Origin: a virus
Strand: one strand, 5' to 3'
Length of the DNA stretch: 64,000 nucleotides
Virus record (IMG/VR): IMGVR_UViG_3300035438_001058
Location: 1 to 64,000 of that record
The translations under genes and the position numbers were made by a program. A model generated the notes under the pieces. It searched no databases. It was not told the DNA's origin and was given only the letters and a program-made list of their open reading frames with translations. How positions within the stretch are numbered: the first letter of the stretch is position 1; each line of letters opens with the position of its first letter. Shown here piece by piece: positions 49,945-60,353 of the stretch.

Positions 49945-51545
49945 TGACAAAGAATATTCATTTAGAAAAAGAAACACGAGATAAAATGCTGGAAGGTGTT
50001 TTAACTTTGGCACACGCAGTAGGATCTACACTAGGACCAATGGGGTCAAACGTAGTAATTGAGACTCCTTACGGAGCTACCACAGTTACTAAGGATGGAG
50101 TCACTGTAGCTAAACATATTGATTTAGATGATGCTGTGCAAAATTTAGGAGCGCAGATATTAAAACAAGCTGCTTCAAGAACAGCTACTCTTGCTGGCGA
50201 TGGTACAACAACTGCTACTGTAATAGCTGCGTCTTTAGTACAGTCTGCGCATAAATTAATTACTGCGGGTGTGAAGCCTATTGATATTAAAAGAAGGTTA
50301 GAAATTCTCTTATTAGAAGCTCTGAATAAGATTCGGATTCAAGCTAAGAGTGTTGACCTTAATAGGATTAAAGAGATCGCCACTATCTCAGCAAATAATG
50401 ATGAGGAAATGGGGGCTTTAATTCAAGACGCTTACAACCATGTTGGCCCCAATGGAATGATCACTTTAGAGGAATCTAAGACAGGTCTAACTCATTTGGT
50501 TATGGAAGAAGGAGTTTCTATTGACAAAGGATTTGTATCTCCTTATTTTATCACTGATTCTGCAAAAGGAGAATGTATTCTAGAGAATCCATTTATCTTT
50601 ATTACTGATTCTAAAGTTAGATATACTCAAGATATAGTACCTATATTGGAAATTGCTGCTTCTAAATCAAGGCCCCTTCTTATTATAGGAGACGAAGTAG
50701 ATGCTCAAGCTCTTCAGTTGCTCGTACTAAATAAGATGCGCGGGACAATACAAGTATGTGCTATAAATGCCCCTTCTTTTGGGGATAACAGAACAGCGAT
50801 ATTAGAAGATATTGCTGCCCTAACATCTACTACTATTATAACCGCTAAAGCTGGCACTAGGTTAGAGGATACTCCAGAAAGAGCATTAGGAAATGCTCAA
50901 AAAGTTATCATATCAAAGTCGAAGACTATATTAGTAGGACCTAAGAATAACTTAGAGGCTATTGAGTCTAGAGCTGAAGAAATTCGTAACTCTATGGAAT
51001 TGGAGCAAGATCTTTATTTAAAGAATAGACTTCAAAAAAGATTGGCTGATCTTACTGCTAAAGTAGCTGTGCTTCATGTTGGGGGAGCTACTGAAACTGA
51101 ATTAAAAGAACGCAAAGATCGTGTAGATGATGCTCTAAGGGCTACTGCTTGTGCCATACAAAAAGGTTACCTTATTGGCGGCGGTGTAGCTCTAGCTCGT
51201 GTGTCTTCTTTCATAGAGATAAAAGATGCTTTAATAGATCCTATTTTTATAAACGCACTAACATCCCCTCTAAAATTAATAGCTTCAAATGCAGGGCAAA
51301 CAGGAGAAGTAGTTTTAGCTAAAGTTTTATCTTCAGAAGATCTTGATATTGGTTTTAACGCTCGCACGCTCAAGTATTCTAATTTATTAGAGGATGGTGT
51401 AATAGATCCCGCGTTAGTAGTTGAGCAAGCACTCTCAAACGCAGTATCAGCGGCTTCTATGATATTACTTTCTGCTACGGCAATCACAAATAAAGATAGA
51501 AAACCTCCTTTTAATCCAGGTAATATGGAAGATTATGCTGCATAA
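49944..51545 (+). CDS. groEL: Chaperonin GroEL
   Basis: STLGPMG, VTKDGVTVAK, AGDGTTTATV and GGATETELKERKDRVDDAL motifs. Confidence 0.97.
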   Translation: MTKNIHLEKETRDKMLEGVLTLAHAVGSTLGPMGSNVVIETPYGATTVTKDGVTVAKHIDLDDAVQNLGAQILKQAASRTATLAGDGTTTATVIAASLVQSAHKLITAGVKPIDIKRRLEILLLEALNKIRIQAKSVDLNRIKEIATISANNDEEMGALIQDAYNHVGPNGMITLEESKTGLTHLVMEEGVSIDKGFVSPYFITDSAKGECILENPFIFITDSKVRYTQDIVPILEIAASKSRPLLIIGDEVDAQALQLLVLNKMRGTIQVCAINAPSFGDNRTAILEDIAALTSTTIITAKAGTRLEDTPERALGNAQKVIISKSKTILVGPKNNLEAIESRAEEIRNSMELEQDLYLKNRLQKRLADLTAKVAVLHVGGATETELKERKDRVDDALRATACAIQKGYLIGGGVALARVSSFIEIKDALIDPIFINALTSPLKLIASNAGQTGEVVLAKVLSSEDLDIGFNARTLKYSNLLEDGVIDPALVVEQALSNAVSAASMILLSATAITNKDRKPPFNPGNMEDYAA

Positions 51546-53778
51546 TGCACAAAATTTCTTAGTCAAAGATGTGGAAATTCTCCATCCTTTGTCTCAAGAT
51601 TATCGTTCTTATTGAAGAGAACACAAAAGAAGATGTATTGAAGGTTATTGGGTGGGTGGCATTTGGATGCCGCCTGCCCTTTACTATTATGTAAACTTTC
51701 ATACTATAAAACTTAATAAAAGTATTCACACTAATACTAAGTCGTACGGTAGACCTTTGTTACGGGATATTGAGTGGGAATTTTTCTATAATTATTCTGA
51801 AGCGAGAGGTTTCTCAGGTTTTAAGAACGATGATAAGTATTCTTGTCATAGAATACTTTTGAATACTGAAGCTACAGACGATTACTTAATTAAATATTAC
51901 CCAGAGACTGTAAATTCTAAGGGGGAAAGAAAGACTTACGTGCCAGCTAGGACGTATATGCGTCAAGTACATCCTTTTGAATCTTCTCCTTTGTTTCAGA
52001 ACGAGATTAGGAATTTTATGATGTTAGGATCTCGTGGATTTGGTAAATCTTTCTCTGTATCAGGACTCATAGCTCATAATTTCTTATTTGATGGAGCTAC
52101 TGAATACAGCGAGGAAAAGATAATGAATCCGGACGCTGCTGAGATATTAGTAGGGGCGGCCAAATCTGATAGATCCGCAGATATTCTTAAAAAAGTGAAG
52201 GATGCATTTGATTTTTTACCCGGAAAACAGATGGTTAATAATAGGACACATCCATCACCATTCTCTAAACGATTTAGCGGATCTTGAGCAGTTAATTCCA
52301 CTATTGCAGCAGAATATAAACGTAAAACAGAAGGTCAATGAACCACAGTAGGTTCCAGATCTAATATAAAGCACAGATCTTTCAACTCAGATGCTTTTGC
52401 AGCTCAAGGAACCAGGCCCATTTTACTAGTTTTGGAGGAAATAGGTATGTTTCCTAATTTAAAGGAAGTACACGCTAACACAGTGGATAACTTAACTGAC
52501 GGTTACCGTAAGACTGGTATGGCTATGATGTTAGGAACAGGTGGTGACATGGAACAAGGTACTTTAGATGCTTCTGAAATGTTTTACGAGCCTGATAAAT
52601 ATGATATATTGTCTTTTTCTAATGACTGAGAGAGTTCTGGTAACATAGGATACTTTGTTCCAGCGTATTTAGCGCTCAATCAATTTAAAGATGCGCAAGG
52701 AAATACCGACATAGCGGCTGCTAAGAAGGAGATTGATTCTGTTAGGCGCAAGAAACGTGGAAACTCAGGATCTTCAGATGCGTTGAATAAGGAAATGCAG
52801 TATAGACCTATTGTTCCATCTGAAATGTTCTTAACTAAGACAGCTAACATCTTTCCTGCCGCTGAAATTAGGAGAAGGCTTTCAGAAGTGCAGTCATTTG
52901 ATCTGTATAACCAGTCAGAGAAGAAAGTTAATCTATATTTCGACCCAAAATCTCAGTTTAATGGTGTATCTTACAATATAAATGACTCTTTAAACGCCAT
53001 TAGCTCGTTCCCGTACAAGGGAGATGATAGAGAAGGGGCTGTTGTTTTATACGAATTACCTAAGTTTATAGAAGACAAGGTCCCGTCAGATGCCTATATT
53101 ATAGGATGTGACCCATTTAGAGATGATACGAATACAGGAGAATCTTTGGCAGCTATATATGTTATGAAAACCTCTAAATACATATCTAGTATAGGGTATG
53201 ATGAGATAGTAGCCTCGTATATTGGTAGACCATACTTCGGTAAAAATGAGGTAAACGAAACTCTATATAAATTGTCCTTATTTTATGGGGGTGCTAAGAT
53301 TTATTTTGAGAATGCAGTAGGAAATGTAAAAGATTACTTTGAGAAAATCAGAAGACTAGACTTATTAGCTAGGCAACCAGTCACAGTTTTTAATAAGAAA
53401 GCTTCTTATGATTCATCCCCGCAAGTTATTTATGGGTACCCAATGTCTAATGATAAAGTAAAATGAGAAGCGATACAATACTTACGCTCTTGGTTATTGC
53501 AAGAACGTGAAGAAAATAAAAGAAATCTGGATTTAATTATAGATCCAGGCCTACTTCAAGAGTTATTGGCCTTTAATATGAGTATAAATACTGATAGAGT
53601 AATGTCTTTAGTAGGTTGTATAATAGGATTAGAAGAAATAAACAATATCTCGAAAAGAAAGCAAGAGTTTTTGTCTGAAGATAGCGCACTTCAGAAGGAC
53701 ATTAATAGGTTAATTATAAATAATAAACGTTTATTTCAAGATGTTAAATTTCCCAAAGCAACGTCTCTCCTATTCTAA
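51535..53778 (+). CDS. terL: Terminase large subunit (747 aa with TGA at 51613, 52285, 52339, 52627 and 53464 read as Trp)
   Basis: Four track ORFs and the gaps between them form one frame: YRSY*REHKRRCIEGYW, GSRGFGKS (Walker A), LLVLEEIG (Walker B), GTGG, YIIGCDPF (nuclease), NTDRVMS. Confidence 0.92.
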
Positions 53779-56164
53779 AAAATCAGAAGATGATTTTAGA
53801 TGGGCGAGGAAAGTTATGGAATCTTTACTTCAATTTTCTCCAGCACAAAAGAATATAGCTAGTGATTACACTTCAGAGTACGGAAGGAAATTATCTAACT
53901 ATAGGTTGTACAATAATCAACTAGATCAGAAAGATTTTGAGAGAGAATGTAATCCATTAGGATTAGAAGTAGGGCAATTCCAGGATTCAATACAACCTTA
54001 TAATAAGACATATAATAAGATTCAGGTTTTATTAGGTGATGAGTTAAAACGTCCGTTTAATTACAGAGCGGTTTTAGTCAACACTGAGGGCGTGCAGTCT
54101 AAGTTACAGAAGAGAGATTCTTTATATAGAAACTATATATACTCTCAGTTACAAGAAACAGTGAAATCTATAGGTGCCGCTTATGTTCCAGAGTTAGTCG
54201 ATACAATGACAGAGCATATACTACCTCCAGAGGACATTGAAAAATACATGAAGTACTCCTATCGAGAGCGAAGAGAAATCTTAGCTGAGAATATACTCAA
54301 CTATTTAACGAGAAAATTATCCTTAAAAGATAAGAAAAACGATGCTTTCAAGCACGCGTTAATAGCTGGAGAGGAAATCATTTATGTAGGTACTAATAAT
54401 GGTGAGCCTCACCTAGAAGTCATTAATCCCCTAGGAGTGTTTTACCACAAGTCTCCAGAAACAAAGTGGATCCAAGATTCATTATATGCTGGATTTAGGA
54501 CTTATATGACGGTAGGAGAGGTTATGGATAGATACGGTAAGTATCTAACCAAGGCTGAGATTACTAAGCTGGACAATACCACTACAGCAGGAGGAGCTTT
54601 ACCAGACCATAATATGGGCAGTACGCAGTCGTACGGCATACAAGATCAAGATAGGGTTTTATCTAAGATGTATAATTATGACTCAGGATCTTACGGAGAT
54701 TCTCACCACGAGGATATATTAGTACAGCACGTGGAATGGAAGTCCCAGAAAAAAGTAGGCTTTCTAACCATGATAAATGAGTATGGGGAAGAAGAAGAGC
54801 AGATGATATCTGAAGATTTCAAAGTCCCTAATAATGCTATAAAGCAGGTGGAAGTAAAAGACTTTGGTCAAAGATGTGATTATTATTATTGGGAAGAGAA
54901 TGGTATAAAATTCAAATTAGAATGGGACTGGATTCCAGAAGTTTGGACTGGTACAAAGATCAATAACGATATTTATTGCATGATAGGACCTAAAGATCAA
55001 CAATTCAGACCTTTAGATAATCCCAAAGAAGTGTCCCTGGGGTATCACGGAGTAATCTATAATGCTATGAACGCTACCTCTATCTCATTGATGGATAGAA
55101 TGAAGCCTTACCAGTATCTGTACTTTATTGTTATGCATAAGCTTAAAAAAGCTATAGCACAAGACCAAGGTAAAGTATTTCACTTCGATGTTACAATGAT
55201 TGATCCTAAAATAGGATTGGATAAAACCATGTACTATTTAAAGGAGATGAATATAGACTTTTTTAATCCATTAGCTAATGGAGATCAGCCTGGGCAAAAT
55301 CAAAGGGGTAAAGTATCGCACTCTACCGATATGTCTAATATGGCCAATATCAATAACTATATTAATCTACTGCAATCCATTGATCAGCAAATATCAGACG
55401 TAGCAGGTATTAATAGACAACGAGAAGGACAAATTTCTCCTTCAGAAGCGGTGTCTAATACCCAATCAAACCTTCAAATGTCGGCTTTGATTACTGAGAT
55501 TTATTTTCAAGCTCACTCCAAACTATGGGAGAAATGTTTGAATTCAATGATAGCTGTAACCCAACAAGCTTGGAAAGGTAAAAGTATAGCAAAGCAATAC
55601 ATATTAGATGATCAATCAATCGCTACACTAGAGATGAATAATGATGATATTATGGATTGTGAGCTAGGAGTTTTTGTTACGGATTCAGGTAAGGAGTACG
55701 AAATATTCAATGCTCTTATGGGCAAAGCGGAGTCACTTGTACAAGCACAAAAAGCTTCTTTTTCTGATATGATCCGATTATACGAGTCTAACTCAGTAGC
55801 AGAATTAAAGGCTGGTATAGAAAGCTCTGAAGAACTAAGTCAGAGACGACAGCAAGAAGCACAACAAGCTCAAATAGAAGCAGCTCAACAAGCTCAACAA
55901 GCAGAACATGATTTCCAAATGGAGAAATTGGCTATAGAACAAGAGCATGAGTTAATGATAGCTCAGATTGAATCATTTAAATTCCAGAAAGACCAGGATG
56001 CAAATGATAATGGGTTACCAGATCAATTTGAGATTTATAAGTTACGTCAAGACGCTGGTTTTAAAGATCGTAAACTATCCCTAGAAGAAAAAAAGTTAGA
56101 ATTCAATAAGCAGAAAAGCGAAAAAGAGTTACAAATAAAGCGTTCTCAAAACAATAAAAAATAA
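53741..56164 (+). CDS. Portal protein
   Basis: 807 aa, directly after the terminase; FPKQRL start, SLMDRMKPYQYLY and GINRQREG are typical of crAss-like portals. Confidence 0.85.
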   Translation: MLNFPKQRLSYSKKSEDDFRWARKVMESLLQFSPAQKNIASDYTSEYGRKLSNYRLYNNQLDQKDFERECNPLGLEVGQFQDSIQPYNKTYNKIQVLLGDELKRPFNYRAVLVNTEGVQSKLQKRDSLYRNYIYSQLQETVKSIGAAYVPELVDTMTEHILPPEDIEKYMKYSYRERREILAENILNYLTRKLSLKDKKNDAFKHALIAGEEIIYVGTNNGEPHLEVINPLGVFYHKSPETKWIQDSLYAGFRTYMTVGEVMDRYGKYLTKAEITKLDNTTTAGGALPDHNMGSTQSYGIQDQDRVLSKMYNYDSGSYGDSHHEDILVQHVEWKSQKKVGFLTMINEYGEEEEQMISEDFKVPNNAIKQVEVKDFGQRCDYYYWEENGIKFKLEWDWIPEVWTGTKINNDIYCMIGPKDQQFRPLDNPKEVSLGYHGVIYNAMNATSISLMDRMKPYQYLYFIVMHKLKKAIAQDQGKVFHFDVTMIDPKIGLDKTMYYLKEMNIDFFNPLANGDQPGQNQRGKVSHSTDMSNMANINNYINLLQSIDQQISDVAGINRQREGQISPSEAVSNTQSNLQMSALITEIYFQAHSKLWEKCLNSMIAVTQQAWKGKSIAKQYILDDQSIATLEMNNDDIMDCELGVFVTDSGKEYEIFNALMGKAESLVQAQKASFSDMIRLYESNSVAELKAGIESSEELSQRRQQEAQQAQIEAAQQAQQAEHDFQMEKLAIEQEHELMIAQIESFKFQKDQDANDNGLPDQFEIYKLRQDAGFKDRKLSLEEKKLEFNKQKSEKELQIKRSQNNKK

Positions 56165-56231
56165 AACGGCTATTGTAAACTACAAATTTACTTATTAGAC
56201 CTTGTAAAATATATAATATAATATTATTTTT

Positions 56232-57275
56232 ATGATAAATACGAATGATGACTTTTTAGAGCAAATGTTTTCTGATCCTTCAACTACTCCATCAATGCTA
56301 AATGATGATAAAGGTTTTGAAGATTCCCCAGAAATAACTTCTGATGAAACAGAAGAACCAGAAGACGCTCCGGAAGCTCCTAGAGAAGTTTTAGAAGACA
56401 ATGACCCAGTTGTAGAGAATTACGTAAAGTTTCTACAAGAGAATGATCTTATAGAGATACCAGAAGATTACGATTTTCAAGGTACTCCAGATCAAATTCA
56501 GGAAGTATTTGAGTACACTAAAAAAACTAGGTCTGATAAAGCTATACAATCAGTTTTTCAGCAACTTCCAGACGACTTCAAACCACTCCTAGAATACGCG
56601 CTTAGAGGCGGGACTTCTCTGCAGGATTATATGGATACTTTTTCTGATGACTTATCTAACTACGGTTTAGACACTGAAGAAGACCAAAAAGAAATTCTAT
56701 TTAAATACTACAAAGAAACCTCTCCTTATCCAGACGATAAAATTGAGCGGTTGATTTCTCGTTTTAATGATGAGGAAGAACTACGTCTGGAAGCAGCTGA
56801 TGCTTATCAAGAGTTGCTGCAAATACGCGAAGAAAAAAAGAGAGAGCTCATCGTGGAAGCACAGGCTCAAAGAGAAGCGTATAGAGCAGATCTTGAACAA
56901 AAGACTATATCTTTAAACAGAGCTATAGAAGAAACAACTGCTATTCATCCACAAAGAAAAAACAAAGTACGGGCTTTCTTTTTTGATCCCATACAAACAG
57001 CAAACTCTGTTACTACAGGATTTAATGCTACGATAGCTTCTATCTTATCAAATCCAGAACATCAGGCACAACTTGCTGATATACTATTAGATTATAATCA
57101 TAATAATGGTTTTTCCTCTGATAGAATAGAACGACGTGTTAAAACTAAGGCAACTCAAGATTTTAAGACGTTATTGAAAACTAAACTAGATCCAAAACAA
57201 GCTCAAAGATCTTCAACATCTAGAGCACCTCAATCAACTTCCTTTAATTGGGAAGACTATTCACAATCTTTATAA
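56232..57275 (+). CDS. Acidic scaffold-like head assembly protein
   Basis: Acidic N-terminus and coiled coil; located between portal and capsid genes. Confidence 0.65.
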   Translation: MINTNDDFLEQMFSDPSTTPSMLNDDKGFEDSPEITSDETEEPEDAPEAPREVLEDNDPVVENYVKFLQENDLIEIPEDYDFQGTPDQIQEVFEYTKKTRSDKAIQSVFQQLPDDFKPLLEYALRGGTSLQDYMDTFSDDLSNYGLDTEEDQKEILFKYYKETSPYPDDKIERLISRFNDEEELRLEAADAYQELLQIREEKKRELIVEAQAQREAYRADLEQKTISLNRAIEETTAIHPQRKNKVRAFFFDPIQTANSVTTGFNATIASILSNPEHQAQLADILLDYNHNNGFSSDRIERRVKTKATQDFKTLLKTKLDPKQAQRSSTSRAPQSTSFNWEDYSQSL

Positions 57276-57280
57276 TTTAC

Positions 57281-58756
57281 ATGGCTACTCCTCAATCTTC
57301 TTTAATAATCAAACGTTACGACGCTTTTGGCGGTAACTTTATTGATTCTGATTACCTAGCTGCTTCTTACGAGAGCGGCAAACCTACATACCTGCCAGGT
57401 ATGATGATGCAGACATATTCGTCACAGTCACGCTTTATGAATCTGAAACCCCTCTTGAATCTTGTTGGCGTTAGTTCCAACGGAGGAAAAGAGATTGAAT
57501 CTGAAATTGTTCGTTGGTACCTACGTGGCGCAGAAGATCGCGATGCTCGTTCTATTGAAGCTGTAGATATTACCAACACTACACCAGGTCTTAACGGTAC
57601 TACTTTCCGCATTAAATTGGATTTGGATTATTTCCACTTCCCAGATATCCTTACTCCAGAAGATAACGATTTCCCTATTCAAGTAGTGGAAGGAGCAATT
57701 CCAGACGGTACAGGTTACATTTATGTTTGTAAACTTGTTACAGACAACCCACAGCTTTTTGTAGACCCTAATCTTTTACAGGCTGGTCGCACTTTCACTA
57801 AAGTATCTACCGCTGTGCCTTCTGAGTACAACCAATGGTTCGGCACTCAGCAGTATCCAAACGTATTCTTGCTTGAAGCACAACTTGGTTCTTTCGGACA
57901 ATCTTTGCACATCACTGACAAAGCTTGGAGAGACGGTGGTCGTCTTGGAGTTACTTTCCAGCACACTAACGCTGCAGGCGCTACTTCAGAGGTAAACAAA
58001 TTTATCCCTTACGCAGAGAACGTAATGGTAGATGAGTTCTACAAAACTATCGAATGGGCAGCTGTATACGGTAAGAAATCTACCATGTCAGGTCCAGATA
58101 AATATTGGATCAAAACAGGTCACGGTCTTCGTGAGCAACTCAGAGATGGTTGGACTCAGCAATACACTGGAGCTCTTTCTGTAACACTTCTTCAAGATTA
58201 TCTGATGTCCGTATTCTTTGGACGTGCTGATGAGACTAATCGTGATGTAAAAGTAATGACCGGAACTCTCGGTTCAATCTTGTTCCACAATGCTTTGGCA
58301 GCTGTGGCTAACGGATTCCTTACCGTTGATACACACTATGTACGCGATATCAAATCTCCTACATCTACTCCTTGGCTTGCTTATGGCGCAGAGTTCCGTC
58401 GCTATACTGGTCCATCAGGTATCTCCGTAGATTTGATGTTGAATCCAATGTACGATAGTATGCAGTATTGCAAACAATTCCACCCACAGTACCCAGATAT
58501 GCCGATTGATTCCGCTCGTATGACATTCCTTGATTTTGGAGGAATGGGCGTAGACAAGAACATTGAGCTTCTGAAAGTTAAGGACTCTTTCTATTACGGC
58601 TACAAGCCTGGTATGTTGTCCCCATCTGGCCCAATCAAAAATAACGGTATGTTTGGCGAATTAAAAGCTGGTTACGATGTAGCTATCCAAGGTTCTTTCG
58701 GTATTGTTATGCGTGATGTAACCCGTGGTGGTGAACTTATCATGTCTGTAGAGTAA
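57281..58756 (+). CDS. Major capsid protein
   Basis: About 491 aa from ATG 57281 at the canonical position; TGHGLREQL and LNPMYD segments resemble crAss-like MCPs. Confidence 0.85.
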   Translation: MATPQSSLIIKRYDAFGGNFIDSDYLAASYESGKPTYLPGMMMQTYSSQSRFMNLKPLLNLVGVSSNGGKEIESEIVRWYLRGAEDRDARSIEAVDITNTTPGLNGTTFRIKLDLDYFHFPDILTPEDNDFPIQVVEGAIPDGTGYIYVCKLVTDNPQLFVDPNLLQAGRTFTKVSTAVPSEYNQWFGTQQYPNVFLLEAQLGSFGQSLHITDKAWRDGGRLGVTFQHTNAAGATSEVNKFIPYAENVMVDEFYKTIEWAAVYGKKSTMSGPDKYWIKTGHGLREQLRDGWTQQYTGALSVTLLQDYLMSVFFGRADETNRDVKVMTGTLGSILFHNALAAVANGFLTVDTHYVRDIKSPTSTPWLAYGAEFRRYTGPSGISVDLMLNPMYDSMQYCKQFHPQYPDMPIDSARMTFLDFGGMGVDKNIELLKVKDSFYYGYKPGMLSPSGPIKNNGMFGELKAGYDVAIQGSFGIVMRDVTRGGELIMSVE

Positions 58757-59103
58757 TGAATATAGAGCAGCAACTGGGAATCAAGTTGTCTGTACTAGTA
58801 GCAGGTTTAGTAGGAGGCATCGTTTCACTAACTTACGAAGAAAAAATCTCTTTTCAAAGAGCCGTTCTTCTTATAGTAGCTGGTGCCTCTACTGCAGCCT
58901 ATTTACAACCATTAGCTGAACACTATATGAGTATCCCAGAGAATTTCTCCTCTGGTTTAGGATTTGTTTTAGGACTGATTTCCATGAAATTAATAGATTC
59001 CGTAATGATAAACGCTACTCATTTATTAGATAAATATTTGTATGCAAAGCGAAATAATCCCCCTGACACTGACGGCGACAAACGTAGCAGTGACATTGAT
59101 TAG
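58756..59103 (+). CDS. Putative holin
   Basis: Three hydrophobic helices (LVAGLVGGIVSL, LLIVAGASTAAYL, GLGFVLGLISM) and a charged C-tail. Confidence 0.65.
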   Translation: MNIEQQLGIKLSVLVAGLVGGIVSLTYEEKISFQRAVLLIVAGASTAAYLQPLAEHYMSIPENFSSGLGFVLGLISMKLIDSVMINATHLLDKYLYAKRNNPPDTDGDKRSSDID

Positions 59104-59317
59104 CATTGCTGGGATAATACATATTCTCCAGGAAAAATTTATGCAGCCCAAGGCTTTAAAAGAAAAGTCTAAATGTGTATATTATATTCTTAGAGGGTCC
59201 CTAGCATCTTTAGCTGCCGTGCAATTGGTAACTTTATCATTCCCTGTATCTATACCGCTTTTGCTTGTTAATTTATGTACAGCAGCCATATCTACAATAG
59301 TAACAAAAAACTTTTAA
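59042..59317 (+). CDS. Small membrane protein (holin partner?)
   Basis: Two to three TM segments. Confidence 0.55.
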   Translation: MQSEIIPLTLTATNVAVTLISIAGIIHILQEKFMQPKALKEKSKCVYYILRGSLASLAAVQLVTLSFPVSIPLLLVNLCTAAISTIVTKNF

Positions 59318-59364
59318 CAATACGTTGGGAATTCCCAGCGGTCTTCATCTCTTAAAGAAGTAAA

Positions 59365-60351
59365 ATGAGCAAATTAGTATTTATTTATAGTATCCCCAGA
59401 AACACTGCTTCTGGTATATCCGATTGGGTGAGCGATACTTCAGGAGTTAAACTAAAGAAAACAAAAGTTGGACGCGCAAAAGACAAACTTTCTGCGTTAT
59501 ACTCTGATAGAATTGGAGGACTAGCTAACTATATTTCATACAATTATCACACAGATCCAAAGACAGGTAAGCAAACTTTAAATGATAAAGGCGAACCGAT
59601 GTTAATGCAAGAATATTTGGAAAAAAAGTGGAACAAACCTCCAGGTTATTTTACAAACCAAGCTACAACTAGAAATTACAAAGGAGACGGTTCTGACTTT
59701 ACTTATTTCCAACAAACTGTTTGGACATTAGCAGACGGGTGCACCGTATTAGATTTAAATAAAATGGACGATGAGTTAGGATACTATATGTTCCTAGCAT
59801 CTTCTAAAGTAGCTAACTCTGAGCGAGAGTGGAAAGAACACAAGTGGCCAAAAGCTACTCACTACATTGCTTTGGAGAATGAATCTGAGGAGTTGAAATA
59901 CAACAGAACGCAACTTAAAACAAAAGCGTATGCTGCACTACACTCAGTAGATCTCACCGAAGTAGTAAAACGTAAGTTAGTATCTTTGTTAAATTTAGCT
60001 TCTACTAAAGCTAAATTATCTGAGCAACAAGTGCATAATGTGTTAACTGATTATATAGAAGCTTCGTCGTACACAGCCGGGTCTAATATTGAGAAGTTTC
60101 AAAACCTAGTGAATATGTTGAAAACAGCTCCCACAAGAGAGAAGTTTGAGGCAATGTATCTTCTAAAGAATGCGGACGATTTAGGTATTATTATTTCTAA
60201 ACAAGATATATGGACTTGGTTAAATCCAAAAGGATCTCCCCTTACTATAGGTAATAGATACTCTGAGGCAATAGAATTTATTTTAAATCCTAAAAAAGCT
60301 GACGAGATTTTAGAGATTAAACAAAATATCAAAGACAAACAAAATCAATAA
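59365..60351 (+). CDS. Capsid-module protein of unknown function
   Basis: 328 aa, downstream of the MCP as in crAss-like gene order. Confidence 0.6.
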   Translation: MSKLVFIYSIPRNTASGISDWVSDTSGVKLKKTKVGRAKDKLSALYSDRIGGLANYISYNYHTDPKTGKQTLNDKGEPMLMQEYLEKKWNKPPGYFTNQATTRNYKGDGSDFTYFQQTVWTLADGCTVLDLNKMDDELGYYMFLASSKVANSEREWKEHKWPKATHYIALENESEELKYNRTQLKTKAYAALHSVDLTEVVKRKLVSLLNLASTKAKLSEQQVHNVLTDYIEASSYTAGSNIEKFQNLVNMLKTAPTREKFEAMYLLKNADDLGIIISKQDIWTWLNPKGSPLTIGNRYSEAIEFILNPKKADEILEIKQNIKDKQNQ

Positions 60352-60353
60352 TT

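Noticed and set aside
51535-53778. Terminase fragmented by introns, inteins or pseudogenisation
   Set aside because: All fragments are in one frame, separated only by single TGA codons with no inserted sequence. The same applies to the primase, helicases and PolA.
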